A stretch of DNA of 63,060 nucleotides from Nanobdellati archaeon (GCA_014384375.1 JACNFY010000017.1:1-63060), one strand, 5' to 3'. Positions 1 through 10,915 are shown, numbered from the stretch's first letter. The notes: generated by a model not told the origin, from the sequence alone. Made by a program: numbers and translations.

Positions 1-25
1 TAATCTCAGGGCAAGCCTGAGATTA
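1..25. repeat. Palindromic element TAATCTCAGG-gcaag-CCTGAGATTA
   Basis: Perfect 10-bp inverted repeat with 5-nt loop; a near-identical core recurs at 7898-7918. Confidence 0.7.
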
Positions 26-235
26 CTAAAACAACTTTTTAATGCGACAAACTCGTTTTTTCACCAAAATATTTAAATATTAGTTCTTTCACTAATAAGA
101 TATACTTTGCCTTATTATCAAGTTTGAAAAAACTTTGATAAATAAAAAAAAGCTTTTTTGAGCTTTTTTCGGTGAAAAAAAGAGAAAACAAGTGTTTTTA
201 CTTGATAACAAAGAGAACAACCGCGGTGACAGAAA

Positions 236-424
236 ATAATACCAAATAGAGATGAGTTCATCGATTTCTTAAAGAATAATCCTAATCAGACCTATACCTC
301 TATCTCTAAACACTTTGACATCGAAATGGGGACAGTACGCGATCTCATCAAGATGTACCGCGAAAAACTTGAAATCCTCAAGATAGGCACAGCTCTAATG
401 GTGAATCTGAAGAATGAGAAATAA
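236..424 (+). CDS. Small putative helix-turn-helix DNA-binding protein (62 aa, apparent ATA start)
   Basis: Not in ORF track. My translation: IIPNRDEFIDFLKNNPNQTYTSISKHFDIEMGTVRDLIKMYREKLEILKIGTALMVNLKNEK, an HTH-like pattern. GGTGA SD-like motif at 225-229. Overlaps the start of the surface protein gene. Confidence 0.55.
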   Translation: MIPNRDEFIDFLKNNPNQTYTSISKHFDIEMGTVRDLIKMYREKLEILKIGTALMVNLKNEK

Positions 425-3400
425 GAGAATAATAGGAGTTGGCATAATAATTGCAATAATCCTAGCTATATTTGTATTAGCAAATGTAAGTACAGTAACG
501 CTCTTAGCTCCTTCAGACAATCTATGGACTAATGAAACAAATAATACCCTAGAATTCTCATTCAGATTTATAGCTGACACCGCAACAGAGACATGTACTT
601 TGGAAATAGATGGAGAAGGAACAAACTGTAGAACCAACGCTTCAACCCAAAATGATACTGATACAGTCTTGTACTCCTCTTGTCCACTAGTTAATGGGAC
701 TCATACATGGAATGTACGCTGTGGTGCTGGAGAAGTAAGAGGTACAGAAAGAACAATAAAAATAGATACTATAACACCATCAACATCACATGATGCACCT
801 GGTGGATGGCAGAGTAGTGATGTTACAGTAACCTTTACAAATAGTAGTGATGACGGGTTAAGTCCTATAACAATCTATTCATGTATAGGAGCAAGCTGTG
901 CTCCAACAGCACAAAGTAGTGTAACAGCAACCCAGGAAGGAAATAATACAATAAGATATTACTCAGAAGATGAAGCAGGAAATCAAGAATCAATAAGCAC
1001 AACTTATGTAGCTCTAGATAAAACAAACCTGGCAATCTCTTTGTCTGCACCTGCTGACGCTACGACATTCCTAAACCAAAACACTTTCAACTTCACATTC
1101 ACACCAACAGATGCTCTGTCAGGCACTCTTGACTGTGATTTAAAGATAAATGGAGTCATTAATCAAACTAACTCAAGCGTTACTAACAACACTGAAACTA
1201 AATTTGAAAATATAAGATTAGGTGATGGAAGCTACACATGGCTCATAAACTGCAGTGACTTAGCTGGCAATGATAATGTTTCTGAAACAAGAACACTAAC
1301 AGTTGATGTTGCTCCACATAAACCAGTTGTCTTTACACCTGATGCTGTAACAAGTGCAAGCAGAGTGAATATTTATGGATATGTAAACAGGAGTCAGTAT
1401 ACTACAAACGTAACTGTTTATGCTCAACAGTTAGATCTTGGAAGACAAAATGTAAACTCAACCTTGACAACTGAAGTCTCTAATCAAACAGGAACCGCAA
1501 TCATAAATGATTCGCAAGTTGCAGGTAGTGATTATTTCTACATAAACACAAATGGAGGAGCTCTACCTACAGGATTTGGTGTAGGTAACTTCACAGAGTT
1601 CTCAAATCATCAACCTTCTTACTGGATAAGATATCAAATAATAGCAGTTGAAAACTATGGAGACAAATACAAGATAAACATAAGTCCAACTCTAAGAGAA
1701 GCGATAAACATAACAGACTCAGTTACAGCCTATAATGGTTCAAGACCAACTGGTTGGTTCAACATCTCAGTACCGTTGTACCCAGGAAACAACACAATGA
1801 AGGTCACGGCTTCAAGATTAGGAACTTATGGACTAGTATCAGATGTTTTCTACATACACTCAGACCAGACAGAACCAACCATAAACCTGACATTAGTGAC
1901 TAACTACTCAACAAATACGCCAACAATTCAATTCACAGTATCAGATGACTATGGAGTAAATATATCAACAATATTAGTAAATATATCCAACAGCACCAAC
2001 AGCACAATATATAATAGCACACAAGTAGACTGCACTTCTCTACCACTATGCGAACTACAACCAACACTTGGAAATGGCTACTATAACATAACTGTGAATA
2101 TAACAGACTTTGTTGGAAGCAGAAACACAACAAACAAAACATTCCTAGTAAATACACAAGAACCAACAATCCAGTTAGTTAGTCCTTCAGATAATTATGA
2201 AGAGGACATGACAAATAATTTGACATTGAGTTTTAATGCGACAGATTTATTCGATTCAACACTGAACTGCTCACTCTACATCAATAGTGCATTAAACCAG
2301 ACAAATGAAACTGTGCAGACTGGAACAACAACACTCTTTAACTTGTACAACTTGTCTGACGCTACCTACAGTTGGAATGTGACGTGTCAGAATAGTGTAA
2401 TTAGCACTAACACTTCAGAGACAAGAAGCTTCACAATTGATAACATTCCTGATAAGGCGAAGGTATGGCCTTATGAAGTTGTAACCATTGAAAATACAAC
2501 TAATATAGTGGGAGTAATAGGAAAAAATAACACCTTAATCAACGCAACAGTTGAACAAGGAGAATTAATGCCATATTATAATACAACTACAAGCACGCAA
2601 GATTCAACCTTGAATGTCTCAACAACAACCTTGAGACAAGCTGTTTCACAAGGAGAGTACTGTATATATATAAACAAAACACTTAACTCGAGCTTCCTGC
2701 CAGGAAGATGGATAGAGTTCTCAAACCACAACAAGAGCGATGCATATTTCGCAAGATACAATATTACCAACCAGACAAATGACTGGGGTGAAGGAGAGAA
2801 CCAGTTCTACACCCAGGTATGCCTACAAGAAAACTTGACAGCAAATGTCTCTCAATACACTTTAATAGGCGTATATGATACTGAGTATCCGAAAGGATGG
2901 TTCAACATAACAGTTAGTCTAAGAACAGGAGCAAATAATATAACCTTAGTTGGCAGTAGATTAGGATTAACAGGCCCTACCTCAGACTTAATAGAAGTCT
3001 TTAGAGACGATGAAAACCCAATAGTCAATCTATCAACAATGCAAGGAAACTCAACAATTTCAACACCTACATTGAACTTTATATTACAGGATGATTACAA
3101 TGTTTCACTACAAACACTGTTTGTGAATATCACTAACGGAAGTAGCAACACAGTGCATGTTTGGAGTGGAGGAACTGCTTACAATACTAGTAACTGGACC
3201 ATGGGTGCAAATGTTAGTTGTACAAATAGTCTTCCAACATGGAGGAACTGCACATTAATTCCAACACTAAACGATGGAATATACAACTTTACATTCATGG
3301 TTAATGATAGTGTAAACTATCAAAACATAACATACTTCAACAACTTCATAGTTGAAACCACACCACCAAACATACTAGTGGTTGAAGATGAAGGAATAAC

Positions 3401-6400
3401 AACAAGCACAATCCAGCTATTTTTTAACTGGACTAATGTAACATCTGATATATACTTCAACTATTACGAAGTAGCCTTAGGAAGAGAGAGATACCAAACA
3501 GAAGGATATAATAGCAGCCGAGCATGGTTTAGTGTAGGAGCCAACATCTCTATCAACCTATCTTGGAATATAACACCAGGATATGTATACTACTTCCACG
3601 TTAGAGTAGTTGATGTATTTGACAACGCAGGAAACGTAACCATAAGCAATGGAGTAATATATGAGGATAACACGCCGCCTCAGTTAGTTAATATGACACT
3701 AATAGGAACAAGTGATAACAATGCATGGACTAATAACCCTGATGAGTTAAGAGCGACATGGAACTTCACTGACAATGAAACAGGAATAAGCCACTACGAG
3801 TATGCAGTTGGAAACACGACTTATCCAGTACCAGGTTGGAATACAATAAAGAATGTAACACAAACGAATTATAGTAATGTAACAGCAGCTAGCTTAACAC
3901 TTGAACAAAACGTTTCATACTACTTCAGTGTCAGAGCCAGGAACAATTACCAGTATGGCTATGGATGGAGTGACTGGTACAGCAGTTCAGCCAGTATAAG
4001 AGTAGATACAACAACGCCAATAGGCGGAATCATCTACTACACATACGGAGAGTACACTGCAAACTCCATCACAATGATATATGGAACAGGAGAAGACATC
4101 TACTCAGGAATTGACAGAGCAGCGTTGATGGAAGCAACAGCTCCGATGCAACCAGACAATGGAGGAACCTGTGGGGGATACTCAAGTTATAGTGAGATAA
4201 CAAACGCAACCTTAACAAATCCTAATGAAACAACCACTTATACATATAATGGATTAGCGAATGGAAATTGTTACAAATTCGCTTTGTATGTCTGGGATGA
4301 AGCAGGTAACAAAGCAGAGTACTACCTAGGAAACCAGATATATAATGTGAGCGTTGACACTACACCACCAACAGCTTTCTCAGTAACAGATGATGGTCAC
4401 CTAACAGCTTCAAAAACCATGGACTTCAGCTGGGACGGAGCGAATGACCCGGAGTCAGGGATAGATTACTACGAATACACTTTAACAGATTCAGATGGAA
4501 CAACAATAGTTGGCTGGGCTAATAACGGATTGACAACATCTATCCAGCTAGCAAATCTAAACCTGACTGATGAAAATACCTATTACTTGAGTGTAAGAGC
4601 ATGGAACAACATCGGATTACAAACAAACAGCACTAGTGACGGAATAATCTACTTAGACTTATCAACACCTGCTTCATTAACAGTGATGAGCGTTGACAGT
4701 GATACTAACTCAGGCGATGGATGGCTTGACTTGACTAATTCAACAAATACTACAATAAACTTGACAGGAGAGCAAGGATTAAGCTGCGTATGGTCATACT
4801 ATGACATAGCATTCACACAACCAAGTAATGCAACGAACTATTCATGGTGGTGTGATAACTCTGCTAACGCGACAGGACAATATCAATGCATAGCAACCGG
4901 CATAACAGAAGAAGAATGGAACTTACACGTAACATGTAGAGATACCGCAGGCAACAAACAGACACAGAATGAGAACACAGACTTCACATTCATAAAAGAG
5001 AATGCAGCTCCGCAGATAAACATAACATACCCAGAGAACAACTCAGTAGTGAATGGAGTGATAAACGCAAGTGCAACAATATGGGATGCCTCATCCTACA
5101 ATGCAACCTATGAACTAAAAGATCCAGATAATAATAGCGTAATGCTTTCCGGAGTGATAAATGACTCAAGTGCAATAGAACTAGATTTGACTAATTTAGA
5201 AGGAGAATATACTTTCATAGTAAATGCGACAGATGCTTACAATCACAGCAGTAATGCATCGATAAGTTTCGTAGTAGATAACAATATACCAACAGTGAAT
5301 ATAGTCTTAAGTAAAGCTTACTATGGCCAGGACTTCAACATCACATTAAGAGCTACATTATTCACAAACTTGACGTACAACATAACAAATACCTCAGGGA
5401 ATATAATCCAAAGTAGCAGATGGGATTATAGTCTCTTACAAAACACGACAACTATGAGCAACTTAAGCGTGAATCTCACACCTCTATCTGAAGAAACATA
5501 CACAATAACAGCAGCAGCAATAGACAATGAATCAAATACAACAACAGATACAGAGACCTTCACAGTTGACAAGACAGCACCCGAATATAAGGGAGCAGTA
5601 GATATAGAGCCTGATGAGCCGCACGAGAATGACTCGATAACATTATACCTGAACTGGAAAGAGCTTGTATCACTAGATGAGATATGGGTTAGACACAATG
5701 CTAACGGCTCATTTGTAAACTACACAGCAACAGCAACAACTCCGGGAACACAGATATATGAGAACGCCACGAGATACAAAATAGATATACTTGCATATCT
5801 AACAACAGTTAATGATACTATAACATACACATGGTATGCAAGGGATAGTGCAGGAAACGAGGCAAACTACTCAACACAGACACTACAGGTAGAAAACAGA
5901 CCGCCAATAATAACAACTACGAGCCTACCAGATGCATTTGAAGGAGCATTGTATGAACAGTTTATATACTTTGAAGACCTTGACGATACCCAGAAAAACA
6001 TCACATTCTTCAACTGTACAGTAGATGGACCAGCAGGAATGAATGCAACAATACAATCCAACACAATATGCTTAGTTGAATGGGGAAACCCAGTTGCTGG
6101 AAACTACTCAGTCAACATAACAGTGAGTGATTACTTGAATGGGGGATTGCTAAATAGCACGATTGGTGAATTCAACCTTTCGGTCCCACCGTCAGCGACT
6201 CAGAACAATACAGTGAACACAAGCCATACAATGACATTTGAATATTCAGTAAATGGAACAGTGACTAGCTCAACAACTACGACAGGCGATGTAAACATAA
6301 CACTACCAGAGGCGAACCTATACACAGTGACTTTCGAGGTAGATAATTTGATAATAAGTACTGATAACTTCAACGTCACAAACAACATGGATGTGTTCTT

Positions 6401-7643
6401 CCAGTTACTAAACAACAACACAATAGATAATAACAACACAGACATAGGTCCAAATAGAACCTATAGGCCATTGGAGGCATACGCATTCAGAATAACCTCG
6501 AGTCACAACGGAAACTACACCATAAGCTTCAACTACTCGGAGTATGGTGTTTCAGACACAAGCAGGTTGACGATATTCAAGTTCGGATATAATGAAAATA
6601 CTGGAGAGATAAACTACTCAGATCAGCAGAACATGACAACAAGTCTAAACACTTCAAGCTTGTTAGTATACACAACAGTGTCAAACTTCTCGACTTTCAT
6701 ATTAGCATATGACACGTCAGAAGGAAGTGGTGATTCACCACCGCCATCAAATCCACCTTCAGGCGGTAGAAGAAGGAGCTCATCATCGTTTTACTATGTA
6801 CCACCTGCTACTTGCGATGATAACATCTCAAACCAAGGAGAGATAGGAGTAGATTGTGGAGGTCCATGCGACCCATGCCAAACCTGTCACGACAGGGTAC
6901 AAAACCAGGGAGAGACCGGAGTTGACTGTGGAGGACCTTGTCTGCCATGTCAACCAGCGACCTGCACAGATGGTGTAATTAATGATGGAGAAGAAGGAGT
7001 TGATTGTGGAGGTCCATGCCTACCATGTCCTGGATGCGAAAATAACTATTTAGATGAAGGAGAGGAAGGTATGGACTGCGGAGGAGTATGTCCTAATGAA
7101 TGCGAGGTAGAGATAGTGGAGACAGTAGTTACAGAAACACAGATAGTTGAAACACCTGTCAAGACAACACCTTCATATGTGTGGCTGATAATAATAGGTA
7201 TAACCCTCTTCGGAGGAATAACCGCTCTCTGGATATATAACAGAGAAGAGAGAGTAGTGAAGGAAACAACTGTCAGAGCAGAAGTAGAGGAGAAGGAATT
7301 AGAAGAGTTGAAGGATGAAGAGCAAGACATAATGAGCAGATATGTCTACAATTATATGTCACAAGGACTATCAGAGAATGATATAAAGAACCAGCTAGTG
7401 GTTGATGGCTTCAAAGAACATCACATTAATACAGTGATGGTAGCCGTGTTAAGAGACAAAAAGATTCTTGAGATACAGGAGTACTTTGACAACTATGCAG
7501 ATCAAGGATACACTGTTGATGAGTTGAAGGATTGGGTACTAAGTCAAGGAGTAGATCAAAACTTACTTGAGGAAGCATTGGCTAAAAGAGGAGTAAATGA
7601 TAACCAAGGACCAGCAGATAAAGGAAGTGTTGTCCAACAGTAG
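414..7643 (+). CDS. Giant cell-surface glycoprotein/adhesin with Ig-like/FN3-like repeats, Cys-rich repeats and C-terminal membrane anchor
   Basis: N-terminal signal/TM segment; repeated D-x-T-x-P beta-sandwich boundaries and D-x-AGN motifs; very many N-x-S/T sequons; four DCGGxC repeats; TM helix (VWLIIIGITLFGGITALWIY) and charged cytoplasmic tail. Confidence 0.85.
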   Translation: MRNKRIIGVGIIIAIILAIFVLANVSTVTLLAPSDNLWTNETNNTLEFSFRFIADTATETCTLEIDGEGTNCRTNASTQNDTDTVLYSSCPLVNGTHTWNVRCGAGEVRGTERTIKIDTITPSTSHDAPGGWQSSDVTVTFTNSSDDGLSPITIYSCIGASCAPTAQSSVTATQEGNNTIRYYSEDEAGNQESISTTYVALDKTNLAISLSAPADATTFLNQNTFNFTFTPTDALSGTLDCDLKINGVINQTNSSVTNNTETKFENIRLGDGSYTWLINCSDLAGNDNVSETRTLTVDVAPHKPVVFTPDAVTSASRVNIYGYVNRSQYTTNVTVYAQQLDLGRQNVNSTLTTEVSNQTGTAIINDSQVAGSDYFYINTNGGALPTGFGVGNFTEFSNHQPSYWIRYQIIAVENYGDKYKINISPTLREAINITDSVTAYNGSRPTGWFNISVPLYPGNNTMKVTASRLGTYGLVSDVFYIHSDQTEPTINLTLVTNYSTNTPTIQFTVSDDYGVNISTILVNISNSTNSTIYNSTQVDCTSLPLCELQPTLGNGYYNITVNITDFVGSRNTTNKTFLVNTQEPTIQLVSPSDNYEEDMTNNLTLSFNATDLFDSTLNCSLYINSALNQTNETVQTGTTTLFNLYNLSDATYSWNVTCQNSVISTNTSETRSFTIDNIPDKAKVWPYEVVTIENTTNIVGVIGKNNTLINATVEQGELMPYYNTTTSTQDSTLNVSTTTLRQAVSQGEYCIYINKTLNSSFLPGRWIEFSNHNKSDAYFARYNITNQTNDWGEGENQFYTQVCLQENLTANVSQYTLIGVYDTEYPKGWFNITVSLRTGANNITLVGSRLGLTGPTSDLIEVFRDDENPIVNLSTMQGNSTISTPTLNFILQDDYNVSLQTLFVNITNGSSNTVHVWSGGTAYNTSNWTMGANVSCTNSLPTWRNCTLIPTLNDGIYNFTFMVNDSVNYQNITYFNNFIVETTPPNILVVEDEGITTSTIQLFFNWTNVTSDIYFNYYEVALGRERYQTEGYNSSRAWFSVGANISINLSWNITPGYVYYFHVRVVDVFDNAGNVTISNGVIYEDNTPPQLVNMTLIGTSDNNAWTNNPDELRATWNFTDNETGISHYEYAVGNTTYPVPGWNTIKNVTQTNYSNVTAASLTLEQNVSYYFSVRARNNYQYGYGWSDWYSSSASIRVDTTTPIGGIIYYTYGEYTANSITMIYGTGEDIYSGIDRAALMEATAPMQPDNGGTCGGYSSYSEITNATLTNPNETTTYTYNGLANGNCYKFALYVWDEAGNKAEYYLGNQIYNVSVDTTPPTAFSVTDDGHLTASKTMDFSWDGANDPESGIDYYEYTLTDSDGTTIVGWANNGLTTSIQLANLNLTDENTYYLSVRAWNNIGLQTNSTSDGIIYLDLSTPASLTVMSVDSDTNSGDGWLDLTNSTNTTINLTGEQGLSCVWSYYDIAFTQPSNATNYSWWCDNSANATGQYQCIATGITEEEWNLHVTCRDTAGNKQTQNENTDFTFIKENAAPQINITYPENNSVVNGVINASATIWDASSYNATYELKDPDNNSVMLSGVINDSSAIELDLTNLEGEYTFIVNATDAYNHSSNASISFVVDNNIPTVNIVLSKAYYGQDFNITLRATLFTNLTYNITNTSGNIIQSSRWDYSLLQNTTTMSNLSVNLTPLSEETYTITAAAIDNESNTTTDTETFTVDKTAPEYKGAVDIEPDEPHENDSITLYLNWKELVSLDEIWVRHNANGSFVNYTATATTPGTQIYENATRYKIDILAYLTTVNDTITYTWYARDSAGNEANYSTQTLQVENRPPIITTTSLPDAFEGALYEQFIYFEDLDDTQKNITFFNCTVDGPAGMNATIQSNTICLVEWGNPVAGNYSVNITVSDYLNGGLLNSTIGEFNLSVPPSATQNNTVNTSHTMTFEYSVNGTVTSSTTTTGDVNITLPEANLYTVTFEVDNLIISTDNFNVTNNMDVFFQLLNNNTIDNNNTDIGPNRTYRPLEAYAFRITSSHNGNYTISFNYSEYGVSDTSRLTIFKFGYNENTGEINYSDQQNMTTSLNTSSLLVYTTVSNFSTFILAYDTSEGSGDSPPPSNPPSGGRRRSSSSFYYVPPATCDDNISNQGEIGVDCGGPCDPCQTCHDRVQNQGETGVDCGGPCLPCQPATCTDGVINDGEEGVDCGGPCLPCPGCENNYLDEGEEGMDCGGVCPNECEVEIVETVVTETQIVETPVKTTPSYVWLIIIGITLFGGITALWIYNREERVVKETTVRAEVEEKELEELKDEEQDIMSRYVYNYMSQGLSENDIKNQLVVDGFKEHHINTVMVAVLRDKKILEIQEYFDNYADQGYTVDELKDWVLSQGVDQNLLEEALAKRGVNDNQGPADKGSVVQQ
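6813..7103 (+). repeat. Four tandem Cys-rich repeats C-x-D-x3-N-x-G-E-x-G-V-D-C-G-G-P-C-x-P-C in the surface protein
   Basis: Visible in protein and DNA (gaytgyggagg recurring). Confidence 0.85.
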
Positions 7644-8046
7644 GAATATAGCTGTTGTCGGTTGCTCCTCGACACCTTTCAAAGCAGCCCATGAGATACC
7701 AAAGTTCTTGCAGCAACACGGCTATAAGATAATACCAGTCAATCCATTTTCCAAAGAGATACTAGGTGAGAAATCCTACAAGTCAATATCTGAAGTCAAG
7801 GAAAAAGTTGATATTGTAAATATCTTCAGGCCAAGCGAAGAAGTGCTTGGAATAGTGAAGGAAGCACTTAAGATAAATACAAAATCAAAAGATTTTGAAT
7901 CTCAGGGAAACCCTGAGAAGCCGAAAGTCATCTGGATGCAGCTGGGGATAGAAAACAAAGAAGCAGAGAAATTAGCAGAGAGTCATGGTATAAAGGTGGT
8001 TATGAACAAGTGCATGATGGTTGAGTGGAACAGATTGATGAAATAA
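7597..8046 (+). CDS. CoA-binding protein (YccU-like)
   Basis: IAVVG-x-S, GYKIIPVNP, DIVNIFRP, WMQLG motifs; carries an apparent ~14-aa palindrome-encoded insertion. Confidence 0.9.
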   Translation: MITKDQQIKEVLSNSRNIAVVGCSSTPFKAAHEIPKFLQQHGYKIIPVNPFSKEILGEKSYKSISEVKEKVDIVNIFRPSEEVLGIVKEALKINTKSKDFESQGNPEKPKVIWMQLGIENKEAEKLAESHGIKVVMNKCMMVEWNRLMK

Positions 8047-8055
8047 AGAGGTGAG

Positions 8056-9228
8056 ATGATGCATTACTTTCCTTTAAAGCTAGGGTATTTTCTTAAGAGT
8101 GAGATAAATGAGCTATATATAACTAATGCTTTAAGGTCTTTTGCATTATCAACAATTGCTATTTTCCTACCAATATTTTTTCTGAAGAAAGGTTATTCTT
8201 TGTACGAAGTTCTTCTATACTTTTTGGTAATTGTTATTATTGCACCATTTTTTTGTGAGTCAGCATTAAGGTTTTCTTCTAAGAAAGGAGTTAAACACAG
8301 TATTGCTTTGAGTACACCTTTATTAATAGTTTTCTTCATAGGACTATATAATATTGACTACTTAATTAATTTTTTTGGAAGAATAAGCACGCTTGTATTT
8401 CTCTCAATTTTTTCTAGTATTTCGACATCTTTTTATTTTATGGGGTTTCATATTGACTTTGCAAGGTTTTCCGAGGTTAAGCAATCTGCAAGGCAAATCA
8501 GTATTATTCAGGCGCTGGGAATAATTTTCTCCATTATTGGACCTTTATTCGGGGCTCTTGTAATAAGCTTCTACTCGTTTAATGTGCTTTTTGTTATTGT
8601 GATGATAACCCTGTTATTCTCGGTGATGCCGTTATTTTTTTCAAAAGAAGTTCACGAGCCGTTTGAAGTTAAAATAAGAAATATATTTTCAAAGGAGGAG
8701 ATAAAGCGGTCATGGGTTTTTTTTGCAGAGGGAGTGAGCGATTATGCAGCTCGAATCTTCTGGCCTTTACTACTGTACTTCCTTATGATTAACCTTAATC
8801 AAATAGGAGGTCTTTTCACATTATCGAATGCGCTCTTAGCTCTCTTCACAATTTATGTTGGGAAAAAAATACACTCGCACAATAAGAAGAAAATACTACG
8901 TATTGGAGCAATAATAAGGTCATTAACACTTGTGATAAGAACTCTTTTAAAAACAGTATCTACTATTGCAATAGTTCAAGGTTTCGGGGGCATATCATTG
9001 GCATTGGTGAGCATACCATTTCAGTCTACTTTCTACAACAATTCAAAAAAGATAGGCATAGCTCACACAATATTTTCAAGAGAAGTATATTTGCATCTAG
9101 GAAGATTTTGCCTGATTCTTCTCCTTGCCTTACTGCTTCTCTTTACAAAAGCAATAGTAGCATTGATAGTAGCCATAATTGTTGGAGCACTCTTCACTCT
9201 TTTCATGATTAAAATAAGGGAAGAATAG
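8056..9228 (+). CDS. MFS transporter
   Basis: 390 aa, about 12 hydrophobic helices in two halves, IGPLFGA motif. Confidence 0.75.
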   Translation: MMHYFPLKLGYFLKSEINELYITNALRSFALSTIAIFLPIFFLKKGYSLYEVLLYFLVIVIIAPFFCESALRFSSKKGVKHSIALSTPLLIVFFIGLYNIDYLINFFGRISTLVFLSIFSSISTSFYFMGFHIDFARFSEVKQSARQISIIQALGIIFSIIGPLFGALVISFYSFNVLFVIVMITLLFSVMPLFFSKEVHEPFEVKIRNIFSKEEIKRSWVFFAEGVSDYAARIFWPLLLYFLMINLNQIGGLFTLSNALLALFTIYVGKKIHSHNKKKILRIGAIIRSLTLVIRTLLKTVSTIAIVQGFGGISLALVSIPFQSTFYNNSKKIGIAHTIFSREVYLHLGRFCLILLLALLLLFTKAIVALIVAIIVGALFTLFMIKIREE

Positions 9229-9278
9229 TTATTTTTTCATACAACAGTTTTTATATATGAAAACTTATTCCTTGTGTC

Positions 9279-10874
9279 ATGCCGAAGACGAAATGGATAA
9301 TCTTTACCGGCGGAGTTCTATCAGGTTTAGGCAAGGGAATCGCATCTGCAAGCGTTGGAGGTCTATTATCTTCTAAGTACAGGGTTATACCTGTAAAATG
9401 CGATGGGTACCTGAATGTTGATCCAGGAACCATGAACCCGATAGAGCATGGAGAGGTATTCGTTCTTGATGATGGTGCAGAAGTAGACATGGACTTTGGA
9501 CACTACGAGAGATTTATAGGTGTGAGCTGCAAGTCTGAATGGAATCTCACAATGGGTAAAGTATTTGATGCAGTTCGGAGAAAAGAGAGGCGCGGAGACT
9601 ATCTTGGGAAGACAGTGCAATATATACCCCACGTCATAGAGCTGATAAAAGATTGGTGGAAAGAAATAGCTCGCAAGGAGAAAGCTGATGTAGTGTTAAT
9701 AGAACTGGGGGGGACCATTGGAGATATTGAAAATGAATTATTCGTTGAAGCTGCTAGACAACTCAAGAAAGATGTCGGTGCAAAGAACATAATGTATGGT
9801 CACTTGACGTATGTGCCGGTTCCTTATGGTGTCAATGAGCAGAAGAGCAAACCTACACAGCAGAGCATCAATCTGCTTCGGGAGAAAGGCATAACACCTG
9901 ACCTAATAATTGGAAGATGTTCTGAGATACTAACAGATAAAATCAAACAGAAAATAGCTACTTTCTGTGACGTTCCTAAAGGTGGTGTAATATCAGGAGT
10001 TGATGTTAAGAATGTCTACAAAATACCACTAAACTTTGAGAGTGAAGGAATCTCTAAAATAATAAACAAATGCCTTCGTATAAAAGTAAGACTGAGAATG
10101 AGAAAGTGGAGACAACTAGTGAAGAATATGGATGAAGCAGAGATACCAGTCCATATAGCTATCTGCGGAAAATACACTAGATTAGAGGATTCATATGCAA
10201 GCGTTGTAGAAGCACTATTCCATTCATCAGCACACTTGAAGTGCAAGATGGAAATATCATTCGTAGAGACATCTGGCTTGAAAGATCCTGCAGAACTTCT
10301 GAAAGGGATTGATGGAGTAATAGTTCCTGGAGGTTTTGGAGGAAGAGGTGCAGAAGGAAAAATTAATGTAATAAGGTACTGTCGTGAAAATGATATTCCT
10401 TTCTTAGGAATATGTTACGGACTGCAGTTAGCAGTGACTGAATTTGCAAGAAATGTTTGCGGCTTGAAAGGAGCTGATAGCAGTGAGAAAAATAAGAAAA
10501 CAAATCACCCAGTAATAGATATACTCCCAGAACAGAAGAAGATTAAAGACAAAGGAGGCACGATGAGACTAGGGGCTTATCCTGCATTATTGAAGAAAGG
10601 AACGAAGATATTAGGGTTGTACGGTAAGGAAAATGTTTCTGAAAGACACAGGCACCGATATGAGGTAAATCCAATATATCACAAGATACTTGAAAAAAAC
10701 GGACTGATACTTGCAGGCATGTCACCAGATAAAAAGCTAGCAGAGTTCATAGAGTTCAAATACCACAAGTACTTTGTAGGCTGTCAAGGACATCCAGAAT
10801 TAAAATCTTCTCTGTTAAAACCAGCGCCATTGTTCTATGGGTTGGTGAAGGCAGCGTTGGACGGGAAGAAATAA
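9279..10874 (+). CDS. pyrG: CTP synthase
   Basis: GGVLSGLGKG, NVDPGTMNP, KSKPTQQS, GICYG, RHRHRYEVN, HPE. Confidence 0.98.
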   Translation: MPKTKWIIFTGGVLSGLGKGIASASVGGLLSSKYRVIPVKCDGYLNVDPGTMNPIEHGEVFVLDDGAEVDMDFGHYERFIGVSCKSEWNLTMGKVFDAVRRKERRGDYLGKTVQYIPHVIELIKDWWKEIARKEKADVVLIELGGTIGDIENELFVEAARQLKKDVGAKNIMYGHLTYVPVPYGVNEQKSKPTQQSINLLREKGITPDLIIGRCSEILTDKIKQKIATFCDVPKGGVISGVDVKNVYKIPLNFESEGISKIINKCLRIKVRLRMRKWRQLVKNMDEAEIPVHIAICGKYTRLEDSYASVVEALFHSSAHLKCKMEISFVETSGLKDPAELLKGIDGVIVPGGFGGRGAEGKINVIRYCRENDIPFLGICYGLQLAVTEFARNVCGLKGADSSEKNKKTNHPVIDILPEQKKIKDKGGTMRLGAYPALLKKGTKILGLYGKENVSERHRHRYEVNPIYHKILEKNGLILAGMSPDKKLAEFIEFKYHKYFVGCQGHPELKSSLLKPAPLFYGLVKAALDGKK

Positions 10875-10915
10875 TTTCAGTAATCTTTATAAACCCTCTA
10901 TTTTTCCACAAGCGT

